DNA of 64,000 nucleotides, taken from the IMG/VR virus record IMGVR_UViG_2823592041_000002, positions 32,001 through 96,000 of that record; one strand, 5' to 3'. Position 1 is the stretch's first letter, and each line of letters opens with the position of its first letter. The notes under the pieces are model-generated. The model saw only the letters and a program-made list of their open reading frames with translations. It did not search any database and was not told where the DNA came from. The translations under genes were made by a program, and so were the position numbers. Positions 37,683-47,839 of the stretch are shown here, one piece after another. The DNA comes from a virus. Taxonomy: Duplodnaviria > Caudoviricetes.

Positions 37683-40382
37683 ATGATAGCTAGAATACAA
37701 ATAAGAAGAGATAAGGAATCTAACTGGGCTGCAAATAATCCAATATTGACATTAGGTGAAATTGGATATGATGAGGATACTGAAAAATTTAAAGTGGGTA
37801 TCAGTAACAGTAGTCGATGGAATGATTTACCATATGAATTAGGTCAATGGAAAACTGATGAATCTGGTAATATTTCATATGGTTATGCTAGTGATGGTCC
37901 AGCAGAAGGTAATGTATCTATTAATAATGATTTATTTGTTGGTGGTGACTTAACAGTTAAAGGTACAACCACAACTATCAATACAGAAGTTGCCACATTC
38001 AAAGACGATATAATTCAATTAAATCTTGATGTTGATGATACTGGAATTTACAGTGGAACATTACAATCAGGTTTTGAAGTTAATAGAGGGAATGTTCCAT
38101 CTATTGGACTATCTTCCCAAAAAATATATTGGGATGAGGCGGATGGACCCTCTGGTAGATGGGTTATTGATACTGATCTTAATGTCTTAGGTGACATATA
38201 TTCGAATGGGACTGCTCTTTGGAGACTGAATGGTAATGACATTTATTTTGACAATGGTTATGTTGCTATTGGTTTAGACAATCCATCTTCTGTATTACAT
38301 ATAAAAGATGTTACACCCATAATAACCCTTGAAGATGAAAATAATCCTGCTCATATTTGGAACGTTGGTCAAAATGCAGATAAGTTTTTCATAAATACTG
38401 AAACTGCTGATGATGGTTCAATGTTTTCTATATTGGACGATGGTAAAGTTGGGATTGGAACCAATAATCCATCTGCTAAATTAGATATTATTTCTGATAT
38501 AACTGGAACATCAACTGAAGATTTAAGAATAACAAACAGTACTGTTACTAATCAATGGCATCGAGGAATAGCAGTTCTACATCCAAATATATCAAATACA
38601 AATTCTGGACTAATAATGTTTGGTAATGCTGAGTCTACTGGAGATTCTGGTCACATAAGTTTTAAGAACAGTGCTACAGATGGAGAAGAACAAATTCAAA
38701 TTGGAATATTCAATAAAAATAGTTTACTCAATATTCAAGGAAATGGAAATGTCGGAATCGGAACTGAAAGTCCAGGCCAGATTCTACATGTTGGTGGAGA
38801 TGTTAGGGGTCAGATTTATATAGACGGAACTCCAACACAAAGCCCTACACTAACACTCGATCATACATCATACACAAATGGTCGAAAATGGGTTCTATAT
38901 TCTGGTGGTTCCGCAGCTGAAAATTTTGATATTTATGATGCAACTGCAAATTTGACAAGATTTTCAATAGATGAAAACGGAAATGTCGGTATTGGAACTG
39001 ATGACCCACCATTTGAATTAACTGTTGAAGGTAGAATTTACGCAAGGGATGGAATACATGTTCAAGATAGAAGGAACGCACCCACTGATAACCCAGCTGG
39101 TCCAGGGGATATAGAACCAACAGATTGGGCGCATAAATCAATATCAACATTTTTCACTAACCAAATTTCGGGTTCACCTAATGTTTGGGATTCTGGCATA
39201 ACCGTATCAGGTTGGGATAATACTTCATATAAAGTTTGGCAATTGTTTGCAAATTCAGAACTTGACAGTCTAAACAGCAGTGACGATTTATATTTCCGAA
39301 CTGGTGCTGGAAATACTTGGGGAACTCTACAAAAAGTCTGGACAGATGTCAACTTACCCCCAAGTGCTATGGGTCAATGGACAACTGTCACAAACGGTAT
39401 TAACTATAGTGGTGGTAATGTCGGAATCGGGACAGCTTCACCGAGTAGTAAATTGGACATAAACACTGGAGCAATGAGTGCTAGCATCAAAATAGGTAAT
39501 TTTGATAACGTAGACATTCCCGAAAATACTGACCAATTTGGTGAAGGTACAAAATTAGAATTCATTGCTGACACGAACCCAAAATATTCAGAACATGTCC
39601 CATTTACAGTTGCTTACATGAAAGCAGAATATGATGGTACAGGAGCTGACACTAAAACAGGCGATACAGCTTTAACTTTTGCAACATATGACGGATGGAG
39701 AGGTAGTGCGGCCGGTGTGCTCTCTGAAAAGATGAGGATTAGTTCCTCTGGAAATGTCGGAATCAATATAATATCACCCGAAACAAAATTAGATATTAAT
39801 TCCAATACATTAATAGGTAATGAAACTTTATTGAGATTTAGAAGAGGTGCAACTCATGGTAATTCTGGGTTTAATCAGTATTATAATCTGGATGCAATAT
39901 CTTCAGGAATTAGTCTTTGGGGTTTGAATTTTGGACTCGGAGTAACTAGTGACAGTGACGGTGGAGTTGGTATAAAGTTTGAATCCAGGAACGGTTCGTC
40001 AACGGTATCGGACAAAATTATTTTCAGAACATCGGGTACTAACCAAGTTGATATAGATAATTCTGGTAATTTAACAGCATCAGGAACAATAACATCAACC
40101 TCTGATATCACACTCAAAGAAAATATTGAACTAATATCAGACCCAATAGAGAAAGTAAAAGAGTTAGGTGGATACACTTTCAATAAGAAAGGTGAAGACT
40201 TGAGATTGGTCGGACTAATAGCACAAGAGGTTGAGAAGGTCTTACCAGAAGCTGTCCATGAGAATCAAGAAGGTCTCAAAAGTCTTGCTTACGGAAACCT
40301 TGTTGCCTTACTAGTTGAGTGTGTAAAAAATCAAGATGAGAGAATTGAAAGTTTGGAAAGAACTATAAAGGAAATGAAGTAA
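37683..40382 (+). CDS. Tail fibre protein with VGIGT repeats and C-terminal S74-like chaperone
   Basis: IQIRRD..SNW..NNPIL..GEIGY N-terminal adaptor; several GNVGIGT repeats; knob-like LYFRTG...WGT.QKVW; SDITLKENI chaperone. Confidence 0.85.
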   Translation: MIARIQIRRDKESNWAANNPILTLGEIGYDEDTEKFKVGISNSSRWNDLPYELGQWKTDESGNISYGYASDGPAEGNVSINNDLFVGGDLTVKGTTTTINTEVATFKDDIIQLNLDVDDTGIYSGTLQSGFEVNRGNVPSIGLSSQKIYWDEADGPSGRWVIDTDLNVLGDIYSNGTALWRLNGNDIYFDNGYVAIGLDNPSSVLHIKDVTPIITLEDENNPAHIWNVGQNADKFFINTETADDGSMFSILDDGKVGIGTNNPSAKLDIISDITGTSTEDLRITNSTVTNQWHRGIAVLHPNISNTNSGLIMFGNAESTGDSGHISFKNSATDGEEQIQIGIFNKNSLLNIQGNGNVGIGTESPGQILHVGGDVRGQIYIDGTPTQSPTLTLDHTSYTNGRKWVLYSGGSAAENFDIYDATANLTRFSIDENGNVGIGTDDPPFELTVEGRIYARDGIHVQDRRNAPTDNPAGPGDIEPTDWAHKSISTFFTNQISGSPNVWDSGITVSGWDNTSYKVWQLFANSELDSLNSSDDLYFRTGAGNTWGTLQKVWTDVNLPPSAMGQWTTVTNGINYSGGNVGIGTASPSSKLDINTGAMSASIKIGNFDNVDIPENTDQFGEGTKLEFIADTNPKYSEHVPFTVAYMKAEYDGTGADTKTGDTALTFATYDGWRGSAAGVLSEKMRISSSGNVGINIISPETKLDINSNTLIGNETLLRFRRGATHGNSGFNQYYNLDAISSGISLWGLNFGLGVTSDSDGGVGIKFESRNGSSTVSDKIIFRTSGTNQVDIDNSGNLTASGTITSTSDITLKENIELISDPIEKVKELGGYTFNKKGEDLRLVGLIAQEVEKVLPEAVHENQEGLKSLAYGNLVALLVECVKNQDERIESLERTIKEMK

Positions 40383-40432
40383 GTGTTTTTCCACTTTTAA
40401 CATATTATAAATAAATGTGTGATGGAGTTATT

Positions 40433-40606
40433 ATGAGTAAAAATTTTGAAATAATTGATAATATATCTAAAGGGAATTTATCTAAGGCTAGAGAACTTGT
40501 AAAACTCGTTCTTGACCGCAAAGCAGTTGAATTTCTAGAAAAAGAAAAGGTGAATATCTCAAAAGGTTTTTTAAATGATGAACCTGATGAGACTGGAGAA
40601 GAGTAA
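40433..40606 (+). CDS. Small prohead core protein (gp67-like position)
   Basis: IIDNISKGNLSKA...L..KA.E.LE.EK; upstream of gp21; TATAAATA at 40406-40413. Confidence 0.55.
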   Translation: MSKNFEIIDNISKGNLSKARELVKLVLDRKAVEFLEKEKVNISKGFLNDEPDETGEE

Positions 40607-41158
40607 ATGAAATCTTTAAAAGATCTGAAAGTTGTGGAGGAAGAGGAATCTATTGAAGCTAAGAATTCAAAGACTTTTTCTAATCTAAGAAAGAATTCTC
40701 AAGATGAAATTGTAGAAGCATCTAAAGTTGTTACTGGAAGAGACCAAGAAATAATTGACCAAAATTCTGTGGAAGTTATTGACGGTGTACAAGGTGATGA
40801 TAAATCTTTGGATGAACAAAAAAGTAAACCCAAAAAGAGGAAGAAAAAGAAAAATGTAATATCAGATGATAATAGGTCTACCCTACAATTGGAGGCAACA
40901 TCTAAAAAAGTTGAAGATGTATATTCTCTAATTGTTGAGTCTGTTGAAAAAAATAGAGATAAGAAACTATATTTTGAATCTGATGACAGTTCTTTTGTTA
41001 TAGACCCTAAAGTGTCTAAAATTATTAAAACTGTATACGAAAGTTTAAACAGAGATAATAGAAGAATTATGAGGGATAAGTTGAATGAAAATTTATCATC
41101 CTTCTGTAAAGTACTATCTTTTTCTATATGTAAATTGGGGAAGGTAGAAGAGAGTTAA
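40607..41158 (+). CDS. Probable prohead core protein (gp68-like position)
   Basis: Charged protein starting MKSLKDL..VEE, directly upstream of gp21. Confidence 0.45.
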   Translation: MKSLKDLKVVEEEESIEAKNSKTFSNLRKNSQDEIVEASKVVTGRDQEIIDQNSVEVIDGVQGDDKSLDEQKSKPKKRKKKKNVISDDNRSTLQLEATSKKVEDVYSLIVESVEKNRDKKLYFESDDSSFVIDPKVSKIIKTVYESLNRDNRRIMRDKLNENLSSFCKVLSFSICKLGKVEES

Positions 41159-41159
41159 G

Positions 41160-41810
41160 ATGAAACTGATAAAAGAGTTGATAGAAGAAGAAAACCTTCA
41201 ATTCATTACCGAAGAAAAAGACGGTGAGAAAAGATATTACATTGAAGGTGTTTTTATGCAAGCAGATGTTAAAAACAAAAATGGTCGAGTTTATGGTTCG
41301 AACATGCTTGCTGAAAAGGTTGAAGAGTATTCCAAAAACTTCATAGAAAAAAATAGAGCATATGGAGAACTCGGTCATCCATCAAACCCTTCTATTAATC
41401 TAGAGAGAGTTTCACATAGGATTATTTCATTAAGGAGAGATGGTTCAAACTTTGTAGGTAAGGCTCAAGTATCAAGTACCCCTTATGGTAACATCGTCAA
41501 AGGTCTTCTTGAAGACGGTGGAAAACTTGGTGTCTCATCTAGAGGTCTAGGATCATTAATGAAGGAAGATGGGATATTGAAAGTCCAGAGTGACTTTTTA
41601 ATCGTCACCCCTGCTGATATCGTAGCAGACCCATCTGCACCTGATGCTTTCGTTGAAGGTATTATGGAAGGTCGAGAATGGGTGTGGGATAACGGTATCA
41701 TTCGTGAGAAAACTGTAGAAGATTATAAACAAGTTGTCGAGAAGACTTCATCAAAAGATTTGAAGATGGTGAAGTTGAAATTGTTTGAAGATTTTCTTTC
41801 GAAACTGTAA
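41160..41810 (+). CDS. gp21: Prohead protease gp21
   Basis: IEGVFMQA..KNKNGRVY, GELGHP, GVSSRGLGS and DIVADPSAPDAFVEGIME. Confidence 0.96.
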   Translation: MKLIKELIEEENLQFITEEKDGEKRYYIEGVFMQADVKNKNGRVYGSNMLAEKVEEYSKNFIEKNRAYGELGHPSNPSINLERVSHRIISLRRDGSNFVGKAQVSSTPYGNIVKGLLEDGGKLGVSSRGLGSLMKEDGILKVQSDFLIVTPADIVADPSAPDAFVEGIMEGREWVWDNGIIREKTVEDYKQVVEKTSSKDLKMVKLKLFEDFLSKL

Positions 41811-41866
41811 ATATTAATTATTATAAATAAGATATAATGAATGGAATACATTTAGGAGTATTAAAA

Positions 41867-42988
41867 ATGTCAGAAAAAAGTGAAATTTTAAATGAAGAAG
41901 AAAATATTGAAATTTCGGAAGAAACTACTGAAGAAACTGAAACTGCCGAGACTACAGAAACTGAAACTGAAACTGAAACTGTAGAAGAAGTTACTGAAGT
42001 TGCTGAAGTTGAAATTTCCGAATTAGAAGAAGAAACTACTGAAACAGAAGTTGAAGAAACTGGTGCTGTATTGGAGAATCTTCTAGAAACTTTACCAACT
42101 TCAAAATCAGGTATGGTTCAAACTATTAATTCCATGTTAGCAGAAATGACAAAAGATGAGTTACAATTTAAAGTAAAACATTTGGTTGAAGTTTTAACTG
42201 CTACTGAAAAAGAAATTCTTGAAAGAGAAGGTGGATTGAACTTAACTGATATTGAATTATCTGACGATGTAAATCAACTTTTCGAAGGTGAAGAGTTTGA
42301 TGTAAACTTTCGAAGAAAAGCAACTTTGTTATTCGAAACTGCTGTTGCTAAAAGAGTTGAAGAAGTTCAAGGTAATATCGAAGAAAACTTCAAACAAGAT
42401 ATGGAAGAACAAGTGCTTGACTATAAAGAGAAGTTATCAGAAGCCGTTGATAAACTTTTGAATGCTTCTATTGAAGATTGGCAAGATGATAATAAACTTG
42501 CTATTCATTCAGGGTTGAAATCGGAAATTACCGAAGAGTTTATGAGTGGTCTGAAAACTCTTTTCAAGGAAAATTATATTGATATTCCTGAAGATAAAGA
42601 GAATGAGTATGTGAATCTAAAAGAGATTCATGACAACACATCAATCAAGTTGAATGACGAAATTGAAAAAAATATCGAACTGAAGTCAACTATCCATGAA
42701 CAGAAAAGAGAAATTTTGTTCTGGGAAAACACTCAAGATTTAACGACAGTTGAACGAGAGAAACTGCAAAAACTTGCAGAAAAAATTGAATTTGATAATG
42801 ATGAGGAATATGTTGAAGGGTTGGAGACAATCCGAAAATGTTATTTTTCAGAAAAGGAAGAATCAACTACTGAAGAAAATACTGAAATTGAAGAAGTTGA
42901 AACTCTTCAAGTAGTAGCTGAAACTACTGAAAAACCTAAAACTAAAATTGAAAGATACGCCCAAGACCTTGGGAAGTATTGGAAATAA
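41867..42988 (+). CDS. gp22: Prohead scaffolding protein gp22
   Basis: E/T-rich N-terminus, F..KA..LFE.AV and EEFMSGLK.LF.ENYIDIPE; TATAAATA at 41822-41829. Confidence 0.9.
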   Translation: MSEKSEILNEEENIEISEETTEETETAETTETETETETVEEVTEVAEVEISELEEETTETEVEETGAVLENLLETLPTSKSGMVQTINSMLAEMTKDELQFKVKHLVEVLTATEKEILEREGGLNLTDIELSDDVNQLFEGEEFDVNFRRKATLLFETAVAKRVEEVQGNIEENFKQDMEEQVLDYKEKLSEAVDKLLNASIEDWQDDNKLAIHSGLKSEITEEFMSGLKTLFKENYIDIPEDKENEYVNLKEIHDNTSIKLNDEIEKNIELKSTIHEQKREILFWENTQDLTTVEREKLQKLAEKIEFDNDEEYVEGLETIRKCYFSEKEESTTEENTEIEEVETLQVVAETTEKPKTKIERYAQDLGKYWK

Positions 42989-43087
42989 TAATTGTAAAAA
43001 ACAAATAATATAAATATATTTGTGATGAACCAAGTGTAACTAAGATGTTAGATTCTGACAATCTATACGGAAAAGGAGAAAATTAAA

Positions 43088-44359
43088 ATGAGTTACGAAG
43101 ATTTGTTGAAAAAGTGGGAACCTGTTCTTGAGCACCCTGAGTTTGCTGAGATTAAGGATCCTTACAAAAAGAAAGTCACAGCAATCCTTTTAGAGAATCA
43201 GGATCGTGATATGGAAGAAGCTAAGAATGGCGGATATGGTTCTCTTAATGAAACTACTAACGTTATCGGAAACGGTAATGCTAATGTAAAAACTTTTGAC
43301 CCAGTTCTTATCTCTATGATTAGACGAAGTATGCCAAATTTGATTGCTTTTGATGTAATGGGTGTTCAACCTATGAACGGACCTTCTGGGCTTATCTTCG
43401 CAATGAAGAGTCATTACGATAGTCAAACTGGAACTGAAGCTCTTCATGATGAAGCTAATACTGGTTTTTCTGGTGACGCAACTGCTAATGGTGCTGCTAG
43501 TCCTTTTGATGCTGCGTATGCTGCTGGTTCTGGTATTGCAACTGCTGATGCTGAACTTTTAGGTTCTGGTGCTGCTGGTGCTGGTGATTTTGCTGAAATG
43601 GCAATGTCCATTGATAAGGTATCTGTAACTGCAAAGTCCAGAGCTCTTAAAGCAGAATACACTATGGAATTAGCACAAGACTTGAAAGCAATTCATAATC
43701 TTGATGCTGAATCTGAGTTAGCAAACATTCTTTCTTCTGAAATTATGGCTGAAATTAACCGTGAAATGATTAGAAAGATTAATTTGACTGCTTCCGCTGG
43801 TGCTGCTGACACTCAAACACCTGGAACTTTTGATTTAGACTTAGATTCCAGTGGTCGATGGTCTGTTGAAAAGTTCAAAGGGCTTTTATTCCAAATCGAA
43901 CGAGATGCTAATGCTATTGCTAAGGCTACTCGACGAGGTAAGGGTAATGTTCTTATCTGTTCCTCTGATGTTGCTTCTGCTCTTCAGATGGCAGGTGTTC
44001 TAGATTATAATCCTGCACTCCAGAATAGTTTACAAGTTGATGATACTGGTAGTACTTTCGCAGGTATATTGAATGGTCGGTATAAAGTTTATATTGACCC
44101 TTATGTATCTGGTGTTGAATATTACACTTTAGGGTACAAAGGTTCCAGTGCTTATGATGCTGGATTATTCTACTGTCCATATGTTCCACTACAAATGGTT
44201 CGAGCAATGGGGGAAAACACTTTCCAACCAAAAATCGGTTTTAAAACTCGATATGGTTTGGTAGCTAACCCATTCGCAACCTCTGCTGGAGATGGTGACG
44301 TTGCTAGTAACAAAAAGAACAGTTACTACAGAGCTGTTAAAGTAGATAACTTATTATAA
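43088..44359 (+). CDS. gp23: Major capsid protein gp23
   Basis: KW.PVLEH, LLENQ, FDPVLIS.IRR.MPNLIA, KSRALKAEYT.ELAQDLKA.H, FYCPYVPL and FQPKIGFKTRYG; TATAAATA at 43009-43016. Confidence 0.98.
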   Translation: MSYEDLLKKWEPVLEHPEFAEIKDPYKKKVTAILLENQDRDMEEAKNGGYGSLNETTNVIGNGNANVKTFDPVLISMIRRSMPNLIAFDVMGVQPMNGPSGLIFAMKSHYDSQTGTEALHDEANTGFSGDATANGAASPFDAAYAAGSGIATADAELLGSGAAGAGDFAEMAMSIDKVSVTAKSRALKAEYTMELAQDLKAIHNLDAESELANILSSEIMAEINREMIRKINLTASAGAADTQTPGTFDLDLDSSGRWSVEKFKGLLFQIERDANAIAKATRRGKGNVLICSSDVASALQMAGVLDYNPALQNSLQVDDTGSTFAGILNGRYKVYIDPYVSGVEYYTLGYKGSSAYDAGLFYCPYVPLQMVRAMGENTFQPKIGFKTRYGLVANPFATSAGDGDVASNKKNSYYRAVKVDNLL

Positions 44360-44372
44360 TATTATAATGTAG

Positions 44373-44424
44373 TATAAATAAAAAAACCCTCTTTTCGGAG
44401 AGGGTTTTTTTGCTATTATAAATA
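44373..44424 (+). terminator. gp23 terminator flanked by two late promoters
   Basis: AAAAAACCCTCT-TTTCGG-AGAGGGTTTTTTT; TATAAATA at 44373-44380 and 44417-44424. Confidence 0.85.
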
Positions 44425-44441
44425 TAATAGAGGATTATATT

Positions 44442-44936
44442 ATGAGCTATATTGATAGACAACCAGTTGATAGAAATTTTCTATCTAAAGATAATTTCAC
44501 TGCTGTATTTTCTAATTTTCCAAGTATGGAGTATTTTATTCAATCTTTTGAATTTCCAGGAGTAAATGTTCCAACACTAAAACAACCATCATATTTGAAA
44601 GGCGTTGATGTACATGGTTCACATATTGAGTATGATGATTTATCAATTAGTTTTGCAATCAATGAAGACTTCTCAAATTACCGAGAAATATATGATTGGT
44701 TGGTTAAAACCGGAACACCTCAAAAATTAGAAGACTATCAATCACCAGATGATTTGGATCATTGTACACTAATGATTACATCTAATAATAAAAATACCAC
44801 TTTGAAAGTCAGATTTGATAAAATATTCCCTATAGGACTTTCTTCTTTCACATTTGATACAACTTCAGAACATGATATAGTCGTCGCAACAGCAACTTTT
44901 AAGTTTAACTCAATGACATTTGACGCAAATATTTAA
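44442..44936 (+). CDS. gp3: Tail completion protein gp3
   Basis: NFLS..NF, YF.Q....PG, YDDL...F.INEDF.NY.EIYDW and FP.GLS motifs; follows gp23. Confidence 0.85.
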   Translation: MSYIDRQPVDRNFLSKDNFTAVFSNFPSMEYFIQSFEFPGVNVPTLKQPSYLKGVDVHGSHIEYDDLSISFAINEDFSNYREIYDWLVKTGTPQKLEDYQSPDDLDHCTLMITSNNKNTTLKVRFDKIFPIGLSSFTFDTTSEHDIVVATATFKFNSMTFDANI

Positions 44937-44946
44937 AGGAGTCTCT

Positions 44947-45396
44947 ATGCGAGAATCTATTTCATTAGAAGAAATAGAAAAAATGTGGGAGACTGATAGA
45001 AAGATGTTCCGTGATAAATTATCAGAACATAATCTTGACATCCCAAATCTACACGGTAGGTATATGACAATATATAATACCGAAAGAATATTCAGAAAAA
45101 CTCTTGACCTAAAAAAGAGAAGGCTTTACATGACACTGAGGTCATACTTTTCTGGTACTCTTGATAAAATGACTTTAGACAAACACGGTTGGATTCCATA
45201 TGGTGTTAAAGTTCTTAAATCAGATTTAGATATACACATAGAATCTCACGAATCTTTTTGTGATATCGAAAAGCAGGTTGAAGTGTCTAATATAAAAATC
45301 AATCTACTTGAACAAATTTTACGACTCATTATGAACAGAGGATTTCAAATCAAAAACGAAATAGAACTTGTTAAATGGGAGTCTGGTATTATTTAA
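44947..45396 (+). CDS. uvsY: Recombination mediator UvsY
   Basis: IP.LH.RY, KVLKSD and I.NRGFQIKN.IE..KW..G; upstream of uvsW. Confidence 0.88.
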   Translation: MRESISLEEIEKMWETDRKMFRDKLSEHNLDIPNLHGRYMTIYNTERIFRKTLDLKKRRLYMTLRSYFSGTLDKMTLDKHGWIPYGVKVLKSDLDIHIESHESFCDIEKQVEVSNIKINLLEQILRLIMNRGFQIKNEIELVKWESGII

Positions 45397-45399
45397 TAT

Positions 45400-46881
45400 A
45401 TGGAAATTGTAAAAATCAGAAAAATTAATGAAACATTCATGAAGATAGTGGCTGACCAAGGTGTTATGCGTGATATCTCTGAACATTTCACTTTCTTTGC
45501 TGATAATTACAAATTCATGCAACGATACAAGATAGGTATGTGGGATGGTAAAATACGACTTCTCAATATACTCACAGGAAAAATATATGTGGGTTTATTG
45601 CCTAGAGTATTGGAAGTCTGTGAGAACCTAAACTATAAAGTTGTCTTTGAGGATGTTGATGATTTTTCCCCAAACATTGTAACAATATCTGATTTGGAGG
45701 GTTGGGTCAAAACACTGAACTTACCCTTCCCGCCAAGAGATTATCAAATGAGTTCTCTTCATGATATGGTCACACGTAAAAGAATGGTTGTATTAAGTCC
45801 GACTGGTTCTGGTAAGTCACTTATTATTTATATGTTCATTCAATGGTTTCTTTCTGAATACCCTAATGAAAAACTTATGTTGGTAGTTCCAAATGTAAGT
45901 CTCGTTCATCAAATGTATCAAGATTTCGAAGAATATTCAAGTAAAAATTCTTGGGATGTAGAAAAATATTGTCAGAAAGTGTATTCAGGACAAGATAAAA
46001 ACTTTCAATCCAGTGTTATTATAACCACTTGGCAATCAGTATACAAGTTGAGACCAGTAAAATTTGCACCATTCAAAGCAGTTATATCAGATGAATGTCA
46101 TTTAGCCAAAGCAACATCCCTCATTGCAATCCTTGAGAAGATGAAAAATGCTGAGTATCGATTTGGTACAACTGGGACTTTGGATGATATTAATTTGAAC
46201 GAATTGACTTTGTGTGGGTTGTTTGGGGATGTTAAGAGACATGTTACAACGAAAACTCTGATAGATAGTAACCACCTTTCCTCCTTCAGAATAAAGTATA
46301 TCACTCTTAAATACCCTGAAAACGAGTGTAAAGAAGTTTGTAAAATGGATTACGTTGATGAGATTAATTATATACTGGATCACGAAAAAAGAAATAAATT
46401 TATAAAAAATTTGTGTAAACACTTGCCTGGCAATACCTTAATATTATATACTTATGTTGAGAAGCATGGAAGTGTTTTATCAGATATATTAGAAGATATT
46501 GAAGGTAAAGAAGTGTTTTTTATTCATGGTGGTATCAATGCCAGTATACGAGAAGATATCAGAAATGATGTTGAAGGTAAGGATAATTGCCTGATTGTAG
46601 CATCCTATGGAACTTTTTCAACGGGGGTTAATATAAAAAATCTACATAATGTTATTTTTGCCTCCCCGACGAAATCAAAAGTTCGGTCACTTCAATCTAT
46701 TGGTAGAGGGTTGAGGCTTGGAGATAATAAAGATGGTTGTATCTTATTTGATATCTGTGACAACTTCTGTACAAAGAAAAAGTCAAATTATATGGTCAAA
46801 CATGGTAATGAAAGATTAAAAATTTATTACAAAGAGAACTTTGATATTGAAATGGTCAACGTCAAGTTCACCGAGAAATAA
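45400..46881 (+). CDS. uvsW: SF2 DNA helicase UvsW
   Basis: WDGKIRL, PRDYQ, SPTGSGKS, DECH, ASYGTFSTGVNI and LQSIGRGLR. Confidence 0.96.
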   Translation: MEIVKIRKINETFMKIVADQGVMRDISEHFTFFADNYKFMQRYKIGMWDGKIRLLNILTGKIYVGLLPRVLEVCENLNYKVVFEDVDDFSPNIVTISDLEGWVKTLNLPFPPRDYQMSSLHDMVTRKRMVVLSPTGSGKSLIIYMFIQWFLSEYPNEKLMLVVPNVSLVHQMYQDFEEYSSKNSWDVEKYCQKVYSGQDKNFQSSVIITTWQSVYKLRPVKFAPFKAVISDECHLAKATSLIAILEKMKNAEYRFGTTGTLDDINLNELTLCGLFGDVKRHVTTKTLIDSNHLSSFRIKYITLKYPENECKEVCKMDYVDEINYILDHEKRNKFIKNLCKHLPGNTLILYTYVEKHGSVLSDILEDIEGKEVFFIHGGINASIREDIRNDVEGKDNCLIVASYGTFSTGVNIKNLHNVIFASPTKSKVRSLQSIGRGLRLGDNKDGCILFDICDNFCTKKKSNYMVKHGNERLKIYYKENFDIEMVNVKFTEK

Positions 46882-46906
46882 ATAAATTTTATTTTTAATT
46901 TATCTA

Positions 46907-46935
46907 TTGACTTATGTTATATAATATATTATAAT
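46907..46935 (+). promoter_or_regulatory. Sigma70-type promoter for gp55
   Basis: TTGACT-N17-TATAAT. Confidence 0.8.
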
Positions 46936-46958
46936 ATATATAAAGGAAAAATTATATT

Positions 46959-47543
46959 ATGACTAAAAAAGTAAAACCAAAAGATAAAGTTCACTACGTA
47001 AACAATAAAGAGTTTTATGAAGCAGTGAAAATTCATATTAATCAATGTAAAGTAGCAGAAGAGATGGGTGTTGATTTACCAAGGGTTCCAGAGTATGTTG
47101 GGGAATGTTTCTTCAAGATTGCTCAAAGGATTGCAACCAAACCAAACTTTACAAACTACACATTTAAAGAAGATATGATACTTGACGGTGTTGAGAACTG
47201 TTTGAGGTATATTAGAAACTTCAATCCAGAGAAGAGTAAAAATCCCTTCAGTTATTTCACAACAGTTATTACATATTCATTTCTACGTAGAATTGAAAAA
47301 GAAAAGAAATACACTTACATCAAATTAAAGGCTATGGAAAATGAACTTCATAGACATGATTCAATTGGAAATCTTAATCCCTTCGACACTTCAAATTTCT
47401 CTGTTGATGGTGAAAACATGTATGACAACTTCTTCCAATTCATAAAGGATTATGAAGAATCCAGAAGAATTAAAAACGAGAAGAAGAAGAAACCTAAGAC
47501 TAAAAAAAATAATGATTTGAAATTATTTCTTGACGATAAGTAA
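46959..47543 (+). CDS. gp55: Late transcription sigma factor gp55
   Basis: HYVNNKEF, YVGECF.KIA, PNF.NYT..EDMI.DG.ENC and NPFSYFT...AFLRRI.KEK-type motifs. Confidence 0.95.
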   Translation: MTKKVKPKDKVHYVNNKEFYEAVKIHINQCKVAEEMGVDLPRVPEYVGECFFKIAQRIATKPNFTNYTFKEDMILDGVENCLRYIRNFNPEKSKNPFSYFTTVITYSFLRRIEKEKKYTYIKLKAMENELHRHDSIGNLNPFDTSNFSVDGENMYDNFFQFIKDYEESRRIKNEKKKKPKTKKNNDLKLFLDDK

Positions 47544-47557
47544 CCTTGGAGGGTGTA

Positions 47558-47839
47558 ATGAGTATTCGAGAGTATGAAGGTGTTTTTTATAATTCAGAAG
47601 ATTTTGATGCAACTGGTAGACCTTATGAAGATGCTGTTCCTATAAGAAAGGAAACTGAAGAAGAAAAGAAAGATAGAATTCAGAAGGCACAGATGGCAGA
47701 TGATACACATAAAGATAAAAAAGATTGTAAAAAATCTGGTTGTAATTGTATGAATGAGTATATATTACTTTTTGCTACTAATACTCATGAGGGTGTTAAA
47801 TACGATACCTATGGGTTTGAAATAAAGGATATTTTATAA
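47558..47839 (+). CDS. Hypothetical protein
   Basis: GGAGG RBS; coupled to gp47 (TAATG); contains C...GCNC. Confidence 0.6.
   Translation: MSIREYEGVFYNSEDFDATGRPYEDAVPIRKETEEEKKDRIQKAQMADDTHKDKKDCKKSGCNCMNEYILLFATNTHEGVKYDTYGFEIKDIL

Noticed and set aside
41957-41980. (GAAACT)4 microsatellite as a phase-variation tract
   Set aside because: In-frame hexamer encoding an ET repeat in the low-complexity N-terminus of the scaffold; slippage would not switch expression
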